64,000 nt of DNA from NCBI GenBank assembly GCA_951406725.2, contig OX597824.1, forward strand, positions 1,302,001-1,366,000. The letters run 5' to 3'. Below, piece after piece: positions 1 through 14,997 of this stretch; the stretch's first letter is position 1; the number at the start of each line of letters is the position of its first letter. Source of the DNA: Octopus vulgaris. Lineage: Eukaryota. The position numbers and the translations under genes are program-made. Under the pieces are notes generated by a model that saw only the letters and a program-made list of their open reading frames with translations, did not search any database and was not told the origin of the DNA.

Positions 1-451
1 AAGTTTAACCCGAGGAATGATTTACGATGTTGGACTCTTTAGCGTTTATGAATTATTAAAAATAAATATGTTTGGCTTTTGGGTTAATTGATGTGAAGAA
101 CTTTTAAATTAATAAAAAAATTAATGAAAAATGGATATATAATGTCAATTAAGCGGAGTAAATTGTATAAAACGGAAGCACAGTTAAATATATTTTGTTC
201 ATAAGAAACAGTTGAGTATCTTCACCAAAAATATAATTTTTGAATTTGCAAGGATATCTAAAGTAATAAAAGAGGTTTTAGGAGAGAAGGAAGGAGATAC
301 AGAAAAGTTATTCAGTATAGAATACATAGGTATGTATAAAACATGGGTATATAACATGGAGATACATATGGTGTGTTAAAAATATCCATTGAATTTCAAA
401 TAATGAAAGGGCATATGAAACGAGGATCCCTACAGTAGCTTTAGATAGGAT

Positions 452-776
452 TAAAGACTCCGCCGGTTACGACGACGAGGGTCCCAGCTGATACGATCAA
501 CGGAACAGCTTGCTCGTGAAATTAACGTGCAAATGGCTGAGCATTCCACAGACACGTGTACCCTTAACGTAGTTCTCGGGGATAATCAGCGTGACACAGA
601 GAGTGACAAGGCTGACCCTTTGAAATACAAGTACAACTCATTTTTGCCAGCTGAGTGGACTGGAGCAACGTGAAATAAAGTGTCTTGCTCAAGGACACAA
701 CGCGTCGCCGGAAATCGAACTCACAACCTTAAGATCATGAGCCGAATGCCCTAACCACTAAGCCACGCGCCCTCAC
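452..776 (-). mobile_element. tRNA-derived CORE-like SINE, full length, with 11-bp target-site duplication
   Basis: Minus strand begins GGGCGCGTGGCTTAGTGGTTAGGG (A box) ... GAGTTCGATTTCC (B box), then GTGTCCTTGAGCAAGACACTT (CORE-like). TTAGATAGGAT is repeated at 441-451 and 777-787. Confidence 0.85.
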
Positions 777-1551
777 TTAGATAGGATAGAGTTAGGGAGT
801 CGTACGTCAGTGGACCAGATGTTGGAGTTTATTAATCTGAAGTAACAAACGAGTTTGTTGTTGAGATGGAAGAACACTCAATATGGAATATAATTTATAG
901 GTAAGTACAAAATATAGAGAGATAAGTGCTGAGATGTAAAAAATATCTATTAAAATTTCATATACTGTAAAGGAAATGCTTACCTTTCAATGAGACAGAG
1001 ACAACTGTAGTAGCTGTAGGAAGGGTACACTTATCACTGTGCATTATGGCTGGACGGGAGATTCAGGCCAGCTGTGTGTATGTATGTAGTTTTGAGTGTG
1101 TATATGCAAGCATGTATATGTGTGTACATTTGTTACAGTTCTCGATCTGAGATGAAATCCTGTCTAGATTAACTTTGCCCTTCTTTCTTTCAAGGTTAAC
1201 CAATTCCATCCCATTCTGGGGCAGGGTTTTGATGGAATTCTTTATATTTGACTGGATGGCTATTGTGGCTCCACGTTTTGACAGAAACACTCGGGGCCAA
1301 GTGGAGAGAAGAGATTTGTTAACAAGGGCAACGACCGGTTTTCACAATGAAAAAAGAGAACTTACTTGGGTATGTACCAAGTTTATATCCATCGTTTTAC
1401 CATACATATAAGGTAAGTTTGCAGAATCCCCAGCCACTTTGATTATAATTCGATGAGTAGGTAATTCACTTAATAGAATAATCTGTATAATTATACTCGA
1501 AATTGACGATTGATTGGTTCATTATAGTTTGCACTAATGAAAATAAGTAGG

Positions 1552-2003
1552 TATGGGTGTGTGGTCAAGAAGTTCGTTTCATGACCACGGGATTTCGAAT
1601 TCAGACCCACTGCCCAGCACAGTCTACTAAAGCCCCAAGCAGACCAATGTCCTGGCAGGGAATTTTGTAGATAGGTGTGTGGAAGTATGTAGTCTACACG
1701 CTCATATTTGTGTGTGTGTGAGTGTGTGTATGTATGTGTGTATTAGTATGTAGTCTACACGCAAGGAGGTGTGTGTTTGTGTTTATGTGTATGTTCAGCT
1801 TTGGGTTTGTCCCCATATCGCCTGACAACCAGTGTTGGTTGGTTTACGTTCAGTAAGCTAGCGATTCTGCAAAACCGCCCGATAGAATAGATACCAGACA
1901 TAATCAAAAATAATTACTGGGAACGATTTGATCGACTGAACCATTCAAGGTAGTACCCTAGCATGGCCACAGTCTAATGACTGAAATAAGCAATTGAATA
2001 AAA
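1552..2003 (+). mobile_element. Degenerate OR-type CORE-SINE with internal TG microsatellite
   Basis: Collinear with the better copies at 13939-14313 and 50165-50586 (head GTGGTCAAGAAGTT..., tail AGCATGGCCACAGTCTAATGACTGAAA). Confidence 0.7.
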
Positions 2004-2299
2004 GATTACTGAGGGTGAAATTTGTTTACTTTTTCTAATTTGATTGATCCTTAATCTGAAATATATTTTCCCATTCGTAAATATTAATCAGAAGCAGGTA
2101 AGAATATGAAAGCCCCATTTTCCACATTCTACGAAACGTATAAGACTTGTACTCCAAGATGGAAGGGATTCTGAAATATCTAAGAATATAAAAATGTTGT
2201 GGAGAATTAAAGAGTCTTTAGTGTTCTTCCTCTGCCTATGCAATATTCCTGCGATAGAGAATGGTTTCTGATTAAGATATAAGGTCTGCAATGTTAAGG

Positions 2300-2485
2300 G
2301 GCAATGTTAAGTGTTCGTCGATACCACCAACCTCAATACTTGGCTGGCACTTTATTTTATCAACCCCGAAAGGATAAAAGAGAAAGGTGACTACGTCGGA
2401 AATTGAACGCAGAACGTAAAGAGCCGGAACAAATACTGCATAGAGTTTTTGCCCGATTTTCCAACACATTTTCCAACTCGCCATC
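2300..2485 (-). mobile_element. Degenerate Meta-domain-like tRNA SINE
   Basis: TTTATCAACCCCGAAAGGATAAA...GAAATTGAACGCAGAACGTA matches the copy at 7667-7899. Confidence 0.6.
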
Positions 2486-3264
2486 TTTATCATTTTTTTT
2501 CTGCGCAGGAGAATGCCAAACTTCTTGGCATTAAAATTATGATTAGTAGCCTAGGAAAAAATTAATTAATAAAGTGAATTAACACGCTGGATAATTTCTG
2601 TCAATTCTAAGAATATTTATTCAAGAAATTTCCGAAACGAATGTCGAGTGATTCGCTGTGATAATATTTGTTGTTGCGGGAATGTCATCGTTACTGTTGC
2701 TCTTTCTTAATCCTTGCCAAACCCACGAATGAAGGACAGGATGCGAAGATTGGCATTGCAGGTAGTTAACATGTCATATCATATTTACTTGAGTATTATT
2801 GATCAATAACACTTTCCTAATAATAAGCGTAGTATGGCCGAATGGTTAAAACAATTGCTTCGAAACCACAAAGACACGGTTTCGATTCCATTTCTTAGCG
2901 AAATCAATTTGTTTTTTTTGTAGCCTTGGGTCGATCCATACTTTGTGGGTAAAACTGGGTTATCAAAAACGGAATAGAAACCGGTCACTTGGGGTGTGCA
3001 TATAGTTCAAAAAGTACAACCGTGACACTCTATATGCGAATTGCATGAAGGGTACACGTCCTGTGGAATGTTCAGACCCCTACGTCTTAGGTAGATCATT
3101 AGAAAGTAATTCAGTTGATCAGACAACTGAATCCTCATCGTTGAACGACCGAGGCTCATTACTATCCATAATTTTAGTTAATCGCCAATTTTCTTTCTTT
3201 TTACAAATTCTTTTTTATTCCTATCCATCCATCTATCGTATCCGCTCACTAATCTCGCGGGTGC

Positions 3265-3465
3265 CCTGAACAACAACAACAACAACATCGAAAAATACGT
3301 TAGGAATGAGAACCCAGGTTCGAAATTTCCCCAAAACACCCGAAGAAAGGTGGGGAGTATATCAGCCGAAATGTGTTAACAACAAACAAGATGAGAACAA
3401 ATATCCATCAAATGTAAATAACGTAAATAATGTACATAATTCCTCATCTCTTCAATATGGAACTG
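3265..3465 (+). mobile_element. Penelope-like pLTR relic with decayed minimal hammerhead
   Basis: AACAC-CCGAAGA-...-TCAGCC-GAAA-TGTGTT at 3335-3377: hammerhead layout with a mutated core and stem III missing. Confidence 0.4.
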
Positions 3466-4068
3466 TAGTTAGCGAAATCACTAAAGGTTTCTCAATTGTA
3501 ATTTTCGAGTTCACTGTTTGTATGTATTATGCGTATTAGTATCGTGTTTGTCTGTTTAGATATTATACTGAATACTTCATACGCATTCCTATAATTCGTT
3601 AAGTTAATTATTATTGATTATGTATTTTTAGAGTAGATTTTTCAGAATCGATATTTTGAAATGTGTCAAGAATTCCTAATTAATGTTTTGATTATTTCAA
3701 AGTTTACTTAGAAAATGTTCATCTATTTTAAACATGTCTCTGGTGTACGTAATACACTCTGTCAGATCTAACGGATGCTACACTTGTAAGAACAGTTCAC
3801 CAGATACGTATACGAATACACAAGCACACATACATACAATATACATACACTCAATATACATGTGTGTGTGATGGCTTTACTTTACATCATTCTTGAAGTG
3901 TGACATATTTATCTACTCTCGGCTTAGTTAAGGAGACCCACCCTGTCCCTCTACCCCTATCGAACTGTCTGTCAGTTTGTCGGTCTATCTACTTATCTGT
4001 TTAGCCATGAACCTATATATATATATCTTTCTCTCTCTCTCTTTCTCTCTCTCTCACTATCTCTCTCA

Positions 4069-4128
<60 letters not shown>

Positions 4129-4135
4129 TTATCTA

Positions 4136-4168
<33 letters not shown>

Positions 4169-4784
4169 ACCTATCTATATCTCTGTCTCTGTCTGTCTCT
4201 CTCTCTCTATCTAATTCACTTCTATATCCATTTACTACTGCACCCTCTTTGCACTTATTTACAAATCTACTTCCATAATCCACCCAAAAACTTTTTATTT
4301 CTCTTTTCGTAAAATCCTTTTCTCACGCAAACCTTCCTCTCCATCCCATATCTTCTAGATTCTTCTCTCTTCCGTATTTCTATCAACATCTTCTGCCTTT
4401 TTCTTTAGGATAAATTTAGGAATTTCTTCAATATTTTTTATCTCTTACCCTGTCCCCTTATAATATTTTAGACTATTTTATTTCATCTCGTTTTCTATTA
4501 ACTCTTTCCACCCCCCCATTCTCTTTATCTTCTCTGCTTTCAGTCTCTTCATCATTGTCTATTTTTTTTTCAAAGCAAAAATATGAAAATAAAAAAATCT
4601 TCCCATTTTTTAATGTTCTCTTCTTTTTTGTTCTCTTCTTCTTCTCTTTCCTTCCTACAGTCACTGATTCACTCAATCTTATGCTCTCTAATTCTGCACG
4701 CACACACACACACACACACACACAAATCTATATGTGTATGCATGTATACTTATGCATAAGTATATAGATATATGCATTTGAGCA

Positions 4785-4839
<55 letters not shown>

Positions 4840-4853
4840 ATGTATGTATACAT

Positions 4854-4898
<45 letters not shown>

Positions 4899-5018
4899 CG
4901 ATTATGTATATACATATATAGATATAAATATGCACACAAATATTCACACATATATTTTCACGAACACATTCACATACATATACATACATCTATACATATA
5001 TATATATGTTGGTGTGTG

Positions 5019-5089
<71 letters not shown>

Positions 5090-5567
5090 CTGTATACGTA
5101 TGTGTGAGTATACAGCCAAATACTCTTGCAGACAGATATACGTTTACATACTCAAAGCAAACTAGTTTGTGTGCATCAACATATGGACACATATGAATGT
5201 AGAGACAGTGTATTAGTTTTACCGAGGTTAAGGTATTGTGGGGAAAATTGCAGATTTGAAATAATAGATAAACAAATATGGGAATAAAAACAAAGTTTCT
5301 TTGTTCGCTCTTTGATTATTTAGATAAGTTCTTAGCGCAATCAATAATTTTGTATTATTTTCCTAGCGTAGCAGAAGCTGTTTTGGAAACGCAGGTGCTA
5401 CTTCTTTCGTTTGGATTATGAGCGATTCCAGAGAGTAAGCTGGGGAAACACACACACACACACACACACACAGACACACACACACACAGAGACACACACA
5501 CACACACACATGCACATGCACACACACAGATACACACAGACACACACACACACACACACACATGCAC

Positions 5568-5647
<80 letters not shown>

Positions 5648-5770
5648 TAGAATTCTTAATACAATATAATAAATGTTTCACTGAAGAAAGTGAATAATTT
5701 CTTTGGCACTGAGAGTTGAGTAGAGTTCTTTTTTGAAGAAAATAATACATATGCAAAAAAAGAAAGAAAG

Positions 5771-6049
<279 letters not shown>

Positions 6050-6300
6050 GGGAGGTAAAACATAATGTAATGCTTTTCTGCTTTGTTTTGTAATGTAATA
6101 CTGTAGTAATATTATATTTTTTTATCAAGTTGTTTTTCGTCTACGTAACAACAATAACAACAACAATACCAACACAAATACGTTTTCATGTTCTTTTGCT
6201 ATTGTTATCGACTGCAAGCAGGCTTGAAGTCAATTCGGTTTTGAAGAACTCTTTCTTTGTTAATTCTTTTTTTTTTTTTGCTTTTGTATTTTTTTTTTTT

Positions 6301-6930
<630 letters not shown>

Positions 6931-7666
6931 TTCATTATTATAGTCCTTTTCATTTTTGCTTTTTTTAGTTGATCCGCTACAATCAACTTCTTGCCCCTTC
7001 ACCGTTTATTTTTTCATGTCTTTGATTAGTTCTTGGTAGTTTTCTGAAAACAATCGAATTCCTGAAACGTTCAAGCAGGGTAGCCTAGTCTTTATTGATT
7101 GAATGGGATGTTATTTCTGTCAATCAACGCAGTACAAATTGCTATTGCCACGGAATCCTTACCACATCTTTTCCATCATAAGCCTTTTATCCTCTACCAA
7201 CAGACACATATAAACACAATATCGTAAGTTGTTATGTTTTAAATAATTATTTGATGCATCAAGAAAGGTTGCGCTTGAACCTCGTTTTAAGACTTGGGAG
7301 TTAACTAAACATTGTCAAAGGGGCTGATAACTAACAGAAATAAAAGCAACCATCGTATCATAAAAGCTGTGATAGATCTCATTATCGTTGATTTTCTTTG
7401 ATTATCTAAAACCAATTTATTATAATATTAAACACGAAGCTGTTGTTTACTGTTAAGAATATTGCTGAACCATTTCACTGCAAAATTGTATTTCTTGGTT
7501 ATTTCAGAAATGATGTTAAATATCTACCACAAAAAATAGAACTTGTCTTTTCTTAATGTCACGTTGCGTCAACAAACTTGCAGTTTTGAGTCGCAACATC
7601 TGCTTTCTGCAGTAAAAGGGTTAACTTCGGGGGGGAAATGTCACTGTATACTATATATTATATATA

Positions 7667-7899
7667 TATTTCTTTACTACCCTCAAGGGGCTAAACACAG
7701 GGGGGACAAACAAGGACAGACAAACGGATTAAGTCGATTACATCGACCCCAGTGCGTAACTGGTACTTAATTTATCGACCCCGAAAGGATGAAAGGCAAA
7801 GTCGACCTCGGCGGAATTTGAACTCACAACGTAGCGGCAGACGAAATACCGTTAAGCATTTCGTCCGGCGCGCTAACGTTTCTGCCAGCTCGCCGCCTT
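7667..7899 (-). mobile_element. Meta-domain-like tRNA SINE (tail type A), full length, with ~20-bp TSD
   Basis: Minus strand: GGCGGCGAGCTGGCAGAAACGTTAG...GAGTTCAAATTCC...GCCTTTCATCCTTTCGGGGTCGATAAATTAAGTACCAG. TSD TATACTAYATATTATATATA at 7647-7666 and 7901-7920 (one mismatch). Confidence 0.85.
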
Positions 7900-9343
7900 A
7901 TATACTACATATTATATATAGCTAAAGAGTCGACATGCAAGCATGTCACAGTTGACTTCTTACGCTTTTGAGAGTGTTGGAGCCATGAAGAACGTATGTA
8001 AGACTGCCGCTGTAGATGTATTTTTGTCAAATTGTATGAATATACTTGACATTGAATATTTACAGCACAATAGCAAAGTTAAATAAAGAAAAAAGTATAA
8101 ACAAATGTTCTTTTCTTGAATATAATCAAGTGCGTCTCTCGGGTTATGGTATACTTTAAAAGTAAACAAAAGTCGTAAATGCATGATATCCGGTTAGATA
8201 GACTTATAAACTCTATCGAATGTTAATCCGTATTTGCTGTTTCAGAGTCATTTTACAAAAGGCTCTCCTCCATTCCCTTTCTTTCCCAGATTTTTTTCTC
8301 GATTTATAACATTTAATTAGCCCTTTCTAGAAATCCTGCAAAATATTCTGGAAAGGAATAGACTTGAACGAGTTCCAGTAAGGTTGTGTGGTTAAAAAGT
8401 TCACGCAACAATACAGAACTTTGGATGCAATGCCATTGCGCAGTATATTAAATGTACGAATGCATCTGTGGGGAATTTGGAGGATAGAACCTGCACAAAG
8501 TACCATCACGTGAATGTGTGTATATATATATATATATATGTGTGCGTGTGTGTGCATATGGCAATATATGCATATGGTAATATAAGTTATAAATTTAAAA
8601 AAAAACATATTTTTTTGATCAAACATTATGTGATATCCAGTGGAACGATTTTGTGGATGTGTATAAGAAAAGAAAAAAGACACAATTGACAATCTACTGA
8701 GAGTTTCGCCCCGGGCTGGTTTGTTGGTGACCTAACAGCTTAAAATAGGCTGCGTAAGGAATGGTTCTTTTGGAAATACCGACATGTAGTCTCCGGCTAT
8801 TAATGAAGCAAGTAAACCACTTGAATCGAGAACCGAACATGGCTCGCAAATACATTTCAACGGAAGCTTACCAAGTTGACAACATTCGTATCTTTATGAC
8901 AGTTCTAAGAGTTATTGTGTTTCCGTAATGTCCTTACTCTTTCTTTATTTATCTTCTTCCATTCCGTTGATCTTCGCGTTTCGTTCCTTCACCAGGAATG
9001 CATTCCTACTTAATTTCTGTCTGTAAACAATCGCTTATTTCGTTTTATTTCTTCCTTTCTTTCACAGTTTCCCATATATATTCATATATCTGTATATCGT
9101 CGCCAACACGTCCATGATTTACCTGAATGCTAAAATAAATAAAAGAAATAAACCACCAATATTTTACTATGAATTTAAATATGGAAATGTAATCAAGAAG
9201 GAAGCAAGAATAAAATAACAGAATATATTTCAATGCTAAACTCTTTTCAAATACAAATATAAACAAAGATTGTCAATCTTTCCTATAATTTATGCAGTAA
9301 ACCGTCATCATTGTAAGTTTGAGCGACTGTCTCAGCGACATAA

Positions 9344-9375
<32 letters not shown>

Positions 9376-9379
<4 letters not shown>

Positions 9380-9587
9380 TATTCAGACAAATACATAACA
9401 AAAACACCAGGACTTACAAACACATATAACATACAGAAAATTGCACTACTAGGCACTGCACACATCCTACGCAGAACACTTTCCATACAATAACCATCAG
9501 AGCATCACAACAAATCACAGCACATACCCAAGGCACACAGAGCTGCGCTCGGTAGTGAAGTGAAAGCACGCTATAAAAATAAAACTA

Positions 9588-9590
<3 letters not shown>
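9376..9590 (+). mobile_element. R4/Dong-clade non-LTR retrotransposon 3' end (family A) in (TAA)n
   Basis: Encodes KYSDKYITKTPGLTNTYNIQKIALLGTAHILRRTLSIQ* (C-terminus of a REL-type element). (AAT)n on both sides. Identical by eye to 28867-29082. Confidence 0.85.
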
Positions 9591-9655
<65 letters not shown>

Positions 9656-9666
9656 CAACAACACCA

Positions 9667-10004
9667 ACAAGAAACCTGATGTGTTGCTAGGCCAAGGAGA
9701 AAAAGGAGAGAAACTGAACAGACGAGATATGAAGTTCTGAAAAGAGAAATAAATAAAAAAAAAACATGTTCAGTTAATGTGCCAACAATTTGTTGGTGCC
9801 CTAAACAGGCCAGAGTAAAGAAATTGAAAAATAGTCGGAAAAAAGAGGCATAAAATTGAAAACAGAGCACATCCAGAAAACACCATTACTTGGAGAGTAA
9901 GGAGTCGCCACAAGGTCCTTGAGATTTGAGAATATCATACGAACTTACTTCACAGGGAGCATCTATGATACTCACCTGCAGCAACATGGTGAGTATCACA
10001 GATG
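9667..10004 (+). mobile_element. Degenerate R4/Dong-clade 3' end (family D)
   Basis: Frameshifted pieces NKKPDV...RYEVLKREI...VGAL...EHIQKTPLLG...KVLEI*; 3' stem GATACTCACC/GGTGAGTATC; followed by TAATAATAAT. Confidence 0.7.
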
Positions 10005-10094
10005 TAATAATAATAATTATAACAATTATGATGATGGTGATGATGATGATGATGATGACGATGACAACGACGATGACGTTGATGATAATTTACT

Positions 10095-10560
10095 GATCAC
10101 AAGACTCCTTACATACAGCATTAAACACAGCCCTGTCATCCTCAGATTGGCATGTCCATACACACTCCATTTGGTACACCTTAGCTCCATGCTCTCCCAA
10201 TAACCGTTTCGTAATGATGGTAGTATTGGTACCAATACCCCTAGACATGATCCTCATATTCTTGAGCTAAAAGACAGTCATTCGAACAAACCCGTTCTTT
10301 CCGTCTCTTCGCTGGTTTCTTAATCTCAAACACCTGACATATACTTTTCCTTATATCCGCCTCGATCAAAAGAAAAGAAGACATCTTATCACACGTCAGC
10401 CAGGGATCTCCTTAAATATCACTTCTCTAACATATGGAAATCGTGCTTTCGTGCACTTTTCTGAACAAACTCCACCAGCAAGGAGCCATTGTCTTTCATG
10501 ACATATCATTCCAGTACATTCTTCTTTCCCTCGAACTGATTCACATCGCGGGGCCCCTTA
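10095..10560 (-). mobile_element. Highly decayed LINE ORF1 (gag-like) relic
   Basis: Broken frames give KDNGSLLVE and LPSLRNGY...LRCTKWSVYGH, resembling the I/Jockey-group ORF1 zinc-knuckle region. Confidence 0.35.
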
Positions 10561-11239
10561 TGATCCACTGTAATGGCAAGCGATGAAACTTTAGTGTCAA
10601 TTTTGCCATTTTTTTTTCTCGTTCTTTCTGCCTTTTATCCACTTTAATCAATATTTTTAACATTATTCATTACTGGATTTTCCAGTAAACGTTTCATCCA
10701 CGAAATTCTGTTCGTTTAATTTTTATATTGTTTGATTTTATTTTAAGTTGTTTTCTTTTTTCATAAGGCTGAGAATATTATTTGCGTTACCGAAGTTCAT
10801 TGTTACGACCACTGCGGTGTTTTCCTCTCCCTGCTACTTCTAAGACGTCCATGTTACGACGAAGAGATATTGCAAATGGCCAATGGTTGCAATATAAATA
10901 TCTAAAAAACGAAATGCTTCGACGAACCTTGAATTTCGACGCAGGGCAATGGGTGGGTTTTGAATATTATGAAGCATTTGCTTGGTAAATGAAGTAAAAA
11001 TGAATTTTTGTTAAGTAACAGTAGCAGAAATCCACTTCGAAGCGTAACTGTGAATCTTGTGTTTCTATGGTAAGCAAAAAAAAAACAGAACAAAACAAAA
11101 AAAGACAAGACATATAATAATTGTTTCTAATAGAAGTAAAAGAGCAGACATTCGGAGAGATCCTCATATTCTTCAGCTTAATTACTTAATTACTTAATGA
11201 AATCGATCTCATATTTCATTTGTGCTTTATTTTATGGAC

Positions 11240-11360
11240 CAGAGAGATATAAAAGGTTTAGATGATCTCGGTGGGATTTGAACTCAGAACGTAAAGAATT
11301 GGATCAAATGTTGCAAAATACTTTTCCGACAGTACCAAAAATCCTGCCAATCGACCACCG
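11240..11360 (-). mobile_element. Degenerate Meta-like SINE fragment
   Basis: CTCGGTGGGATTTGAACTCAGAACGTA matches the family B-box region. Confidence 0.55.
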
Positions 11361-11548
11361 TTGATAGTTGTAATAACGATAATAATAACCGAAAAGATAA
11401 ACTTTTATGAAGATGTGGCTTTTTGTAATCGCTATCCTAATGGTTTCTAAAGAATTTGAGCATAATGACAATGACGACGACGATGATGACAATGACGGTG
11501 ATGTTGATGATGCTCATGGTGATGACGATGATAATGATGATGAGGATA

Positions 11549-11583
<35 letters not shown>

Positions 11584-11881
11584 GATGGTACTGATGATGG
11601 TGGTGGATATCTTCATGATGTAGACGTTAATGATAATGATGATAACGGCTATGCTGATAACTATAATAACAGCAAATTTAACAACAGCTACAACAACAAC
11701 AACAATTTAATTAAAAGATAAGAATTTATGACTGTGTGGAAACATTTCGAATTGTCTGCTGTCTAATTTTCTAACCATAAACACGGACATCATTGTGATT
11801 TAGGTCCCGACAACTGTCCAAATAGAAAACCTCCACTACTTTAAACCATTGCTATAATAACAACAGAAACAACAACAACAA

Positions 11882-11896
11882 TAATGATGATGATGG

Positions 11897-11974
<78 letters not shown>

Positions 11975-11991
11975 TAATAATAATAATAATG

Positions 11992-12067
<76 letters not shown>

Positions 12068-12093
12068 TAATAATAATGATGATGATGATGATG

Positions 12094-12158
<65 letters not shown>

Positions 12159-12192
12159 GATGATGATGATAATAATGATGATAATAATGATG

Positions 12193-12235
<43 letters not shown>

Positions 12236-12279
12236 TAATAATAATAATAATAATGATAATAATAATAATAATAATGATG

Positions 12280-12343
<64 letters not shown>

Positions 12344-12356
12344 TGATAATAATAAT
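11882..12356. repeat. Compound (GAT)n/(AAT)n microsatellite
   Basis: Seen directly. Confidence 0.95.
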
Positions 12357-13283
12357 AGCAACAAAAACAGTAGTGGTAGACTTCGTAATAGTAGTAGTCG
12401 TAGAGTTGGTGGCGGCGAGTAAGATAAAGATGTGGAAATTATATAAGATTGCAGAAATAATCGATGTGGAATCACTTCGTGGCTGCAAAGCAAAAATAAG
12501 TTCATGAGTTCCGAAAAGTCTACGATTGTTTTTGTGGCCATAGCAATTTTAGGTAATTAATATTGTATTATGTTATAGTGAAAAACTATTATAACGGTGA
12601 GTTTAAAATGGCTGATTATCTTCAGACAGAATTATGTCTGACTTCTGTGTTTCCCATCATATGGATATGCACGCTGGCACATACATACATACACCAATAT
12701 ATATATATATATATATATACATTTTTTTATACATACATACATACATATATATATACACATACATACACATATATATACATATATATATATAATATATATA
12801 TACAAACATACAAATATATATATATACATATATAAGCGCACACACACACACACACACATCACTCATATATATACACGCATGTGTGTGTGCCTGTCAATAC
12901 ATTTGCAAGCGTACACACGGAAGTATATATGAGTGTGTGTGTATTCATGCGCGTTTTCTATAAATACATGTCTATATTAGGACATACATGCATACAAACA
13001 TATACACGCATGCACACATACATACACACATACACACACATACACACACAAATATAAATAGAGCGAGAGGGTGTAAAAGAGAGCGGGAGTGAGAGTGTGT
13101 GTTTGGATGAGTGAGTAACAACGCCCGTGTATGAGAGTTTGTGCCTGCGTGAGAGAGAGGGTGTGTAAAGGCCCGTTGGGACTTTGAAGTTCCAGTCTGC
13201 TGGCCGTCATCAAACTAGGAAACTGAAACTAGTTATAGATAATCTTTCCAGTGTAAGAATTTAAATGTATTCAATTTAATCTT

Positions 13284-13377
<94 letters not shown>

Positions 13378-13417
13378 TGTGTATGTGTGTGTATGTGTAT
13401 ATATATATATATATATA

Positions 13418-13448
<31 letters not shown>

Positions 13449-13450
13449 TA

Positions 13451-13487
<37 letters not shown>

Positions 13488-13521
13488 GTGTATATATATA
13501 TATGTGTGTATATATATATAT

Positions 13522-13920
13522 AGGCGCACGCGTAGCTGTGTGATAAGAAACTTGCCTTTCAATAACATGGTTCCGGGTTCAGTCTCACTGTGTGGCACCT
13601 TGGGCAAGTGTTTTCTATATATAGCCTCGGACCGACCAAAGACTTTTGAATGGATTTGGTAGACAGAAACTGAAAGAAGCCCGTTGCATATTTATGTATG
13701 TATCTTTCTGCCTGTATTTGTCATACACCACTGCTTGATAACCAATGTTGGTGTGTTGCGTCCCGTAACACTGCGGTTCGGTGAAAGTGACCAATAGAAT
13801 AATTACTAGGCCTAAAAAAATAAATACTGTGATTGATTTTTTCGATTAAAAATTCATGGCGTTGCCCCAGCATGGCCGTTTTCTAGTGACTGAAATATTA
13901 AACAAAAGCAAAAGATAAAA
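13522..13920 (+). mobile_element. OR-type CORE-SINE
   Basis: tRNA-like head, GTGGCACCTTGGGCAAGTG (CORE motif), tail CAGCATGGCC...GACTGAAA. Confidence 0.8.
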
Positions 13921-13938
13921 AATATATATTTACTTAAA

Positions 13939-14313
13939 AAGGAGTGGCCGTGTGGTAAGTAGCTTGCTTACCAACCACATGTTTCAGGGTTCCTTCCCAC
14001 TGCGTGCACCTTGGGCAAATGTCTTCTACTATAGCCTCGGGCTGACCAAAGCCTTGTGAGTGGATTTGGTAGACGGAAACTGAAAGAAGCCCGTCGTATA
14101 TATGTATATATATATATGTATGTGTGTGTCTGTGTTTGGTCCCCCAACATCGCTTGACAACCGATGATGGTGTGTTTACGTCCCCGTAATTTAGCAGACC
14201 GATAAAATAAGTACTAGGCTTCCAAAGAATAAGTCCTGGTGTCGATTTGCTCGACTAAAGGCGGGAATCCAACATGGCCGCACTCAAATGACTGAAACAA
14301 GTAAAAGAGTAAA
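13939..14313 (+). mobile_element. OR-type CORE-SINE, tandem to the previous copy
   Basis: GGAGTGGCCGTGTGGTAAGTAGC...CACCTTGGGCAAATGTCTTCTACTATAGCC...(TA/TG)n...GACTGAAACAAGTAAAAGAGTAAA. Confidence 0.85.
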
Positions 14314-14324
14314 GTGTATGTCTC

Positions 14325-14515
14325 TCGTGAAGTATTGCTGCCCACTATGGTCCCCACACAAAAAGCAAAACGCGAGAACTGAAACACCCCAGGTATCGAT
14401 TACGATAAATCAATAATTGGTGAGATAAGCTTTGACAAAAACTCATATTTTGTTCTCTCCATCACAAGGGGCGCAATATCCTTTGTATAATGTGGAAAAT
14501 ATGTCTATAATGTAC
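14325..14515 (+). mobile_element. Decayed CR1-type LINE fragment
   Basis: KYCCPLWSPHKKQN motif of the CR1 post-RT region; similar to 20743-21138. Confidence 0.5.
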
Positions 14516-14525
14516 TACTCAAAAG

Positions 14526-14907
14526 ATGCTTAGCGGTATTTCGTCTGTCTTTACGTTCCGAGTGCAAATTCCTCCGAGGTCGACTTTGCCTTTCATCCTT
14601 TTGGGGTCGATAAATTAAATACCAGTTGCGTACTGGGGTCGACCTAATTGATTGGTCCCTCCCCCAAAATTTCGGACCTTGTGCTTTGAGTAGAAAAGAA
14701 TATTAAAAGAAGTAAGGCGGCGAGCTGGCAGAATTGTTAGCACGCCGGGCGAAATGCGTAGCCGCATTTCGTCTGCCGTTACGCTCTGAGTTCAAATTCT
14801 GCCGAGGTCGACTTTGCAATCATCCTTTCGGGTCGATAAATTAAGTACCACTTTCTACTGGGGTCGATGTAATCGACTTAATCCGTTTGTCTGTCCTTGT
14901 TTGTCCT
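14526..14907 (+). mobile_element. Two tandem Meta-like SINEs (5'-truncated tail B copy, then tail A copy)
   Basis: The domain GAGGTCGACTTTGC..TCATCCTTT.GGGGTCGATAAATTAA.TACCA occurs twice, with different 3' tails. Confidence 0.8.
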
Positions 14908-14948
14908 TTTTGTTGTATACGTTTCTTGACGTCCTGTGCCCACATATG

Positions 14949-14997
<49 letters not shown>

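Noticed and set aside
700-776. Genuine tRNA genes (also 22010-22080 and 42435-42502)
   Set aside because: A/B boxes are present, but there is no full cloverleaf and each continues into SINE body sequence.
1195-1369. Plus-strand exon (TTTCAAG|...TGG|GTATGT) within ORF 1175-1411
   Set aside because: Splice-like signals are plausible, but the peptide is unrecognisable and no compatible neighbouring exons were found.
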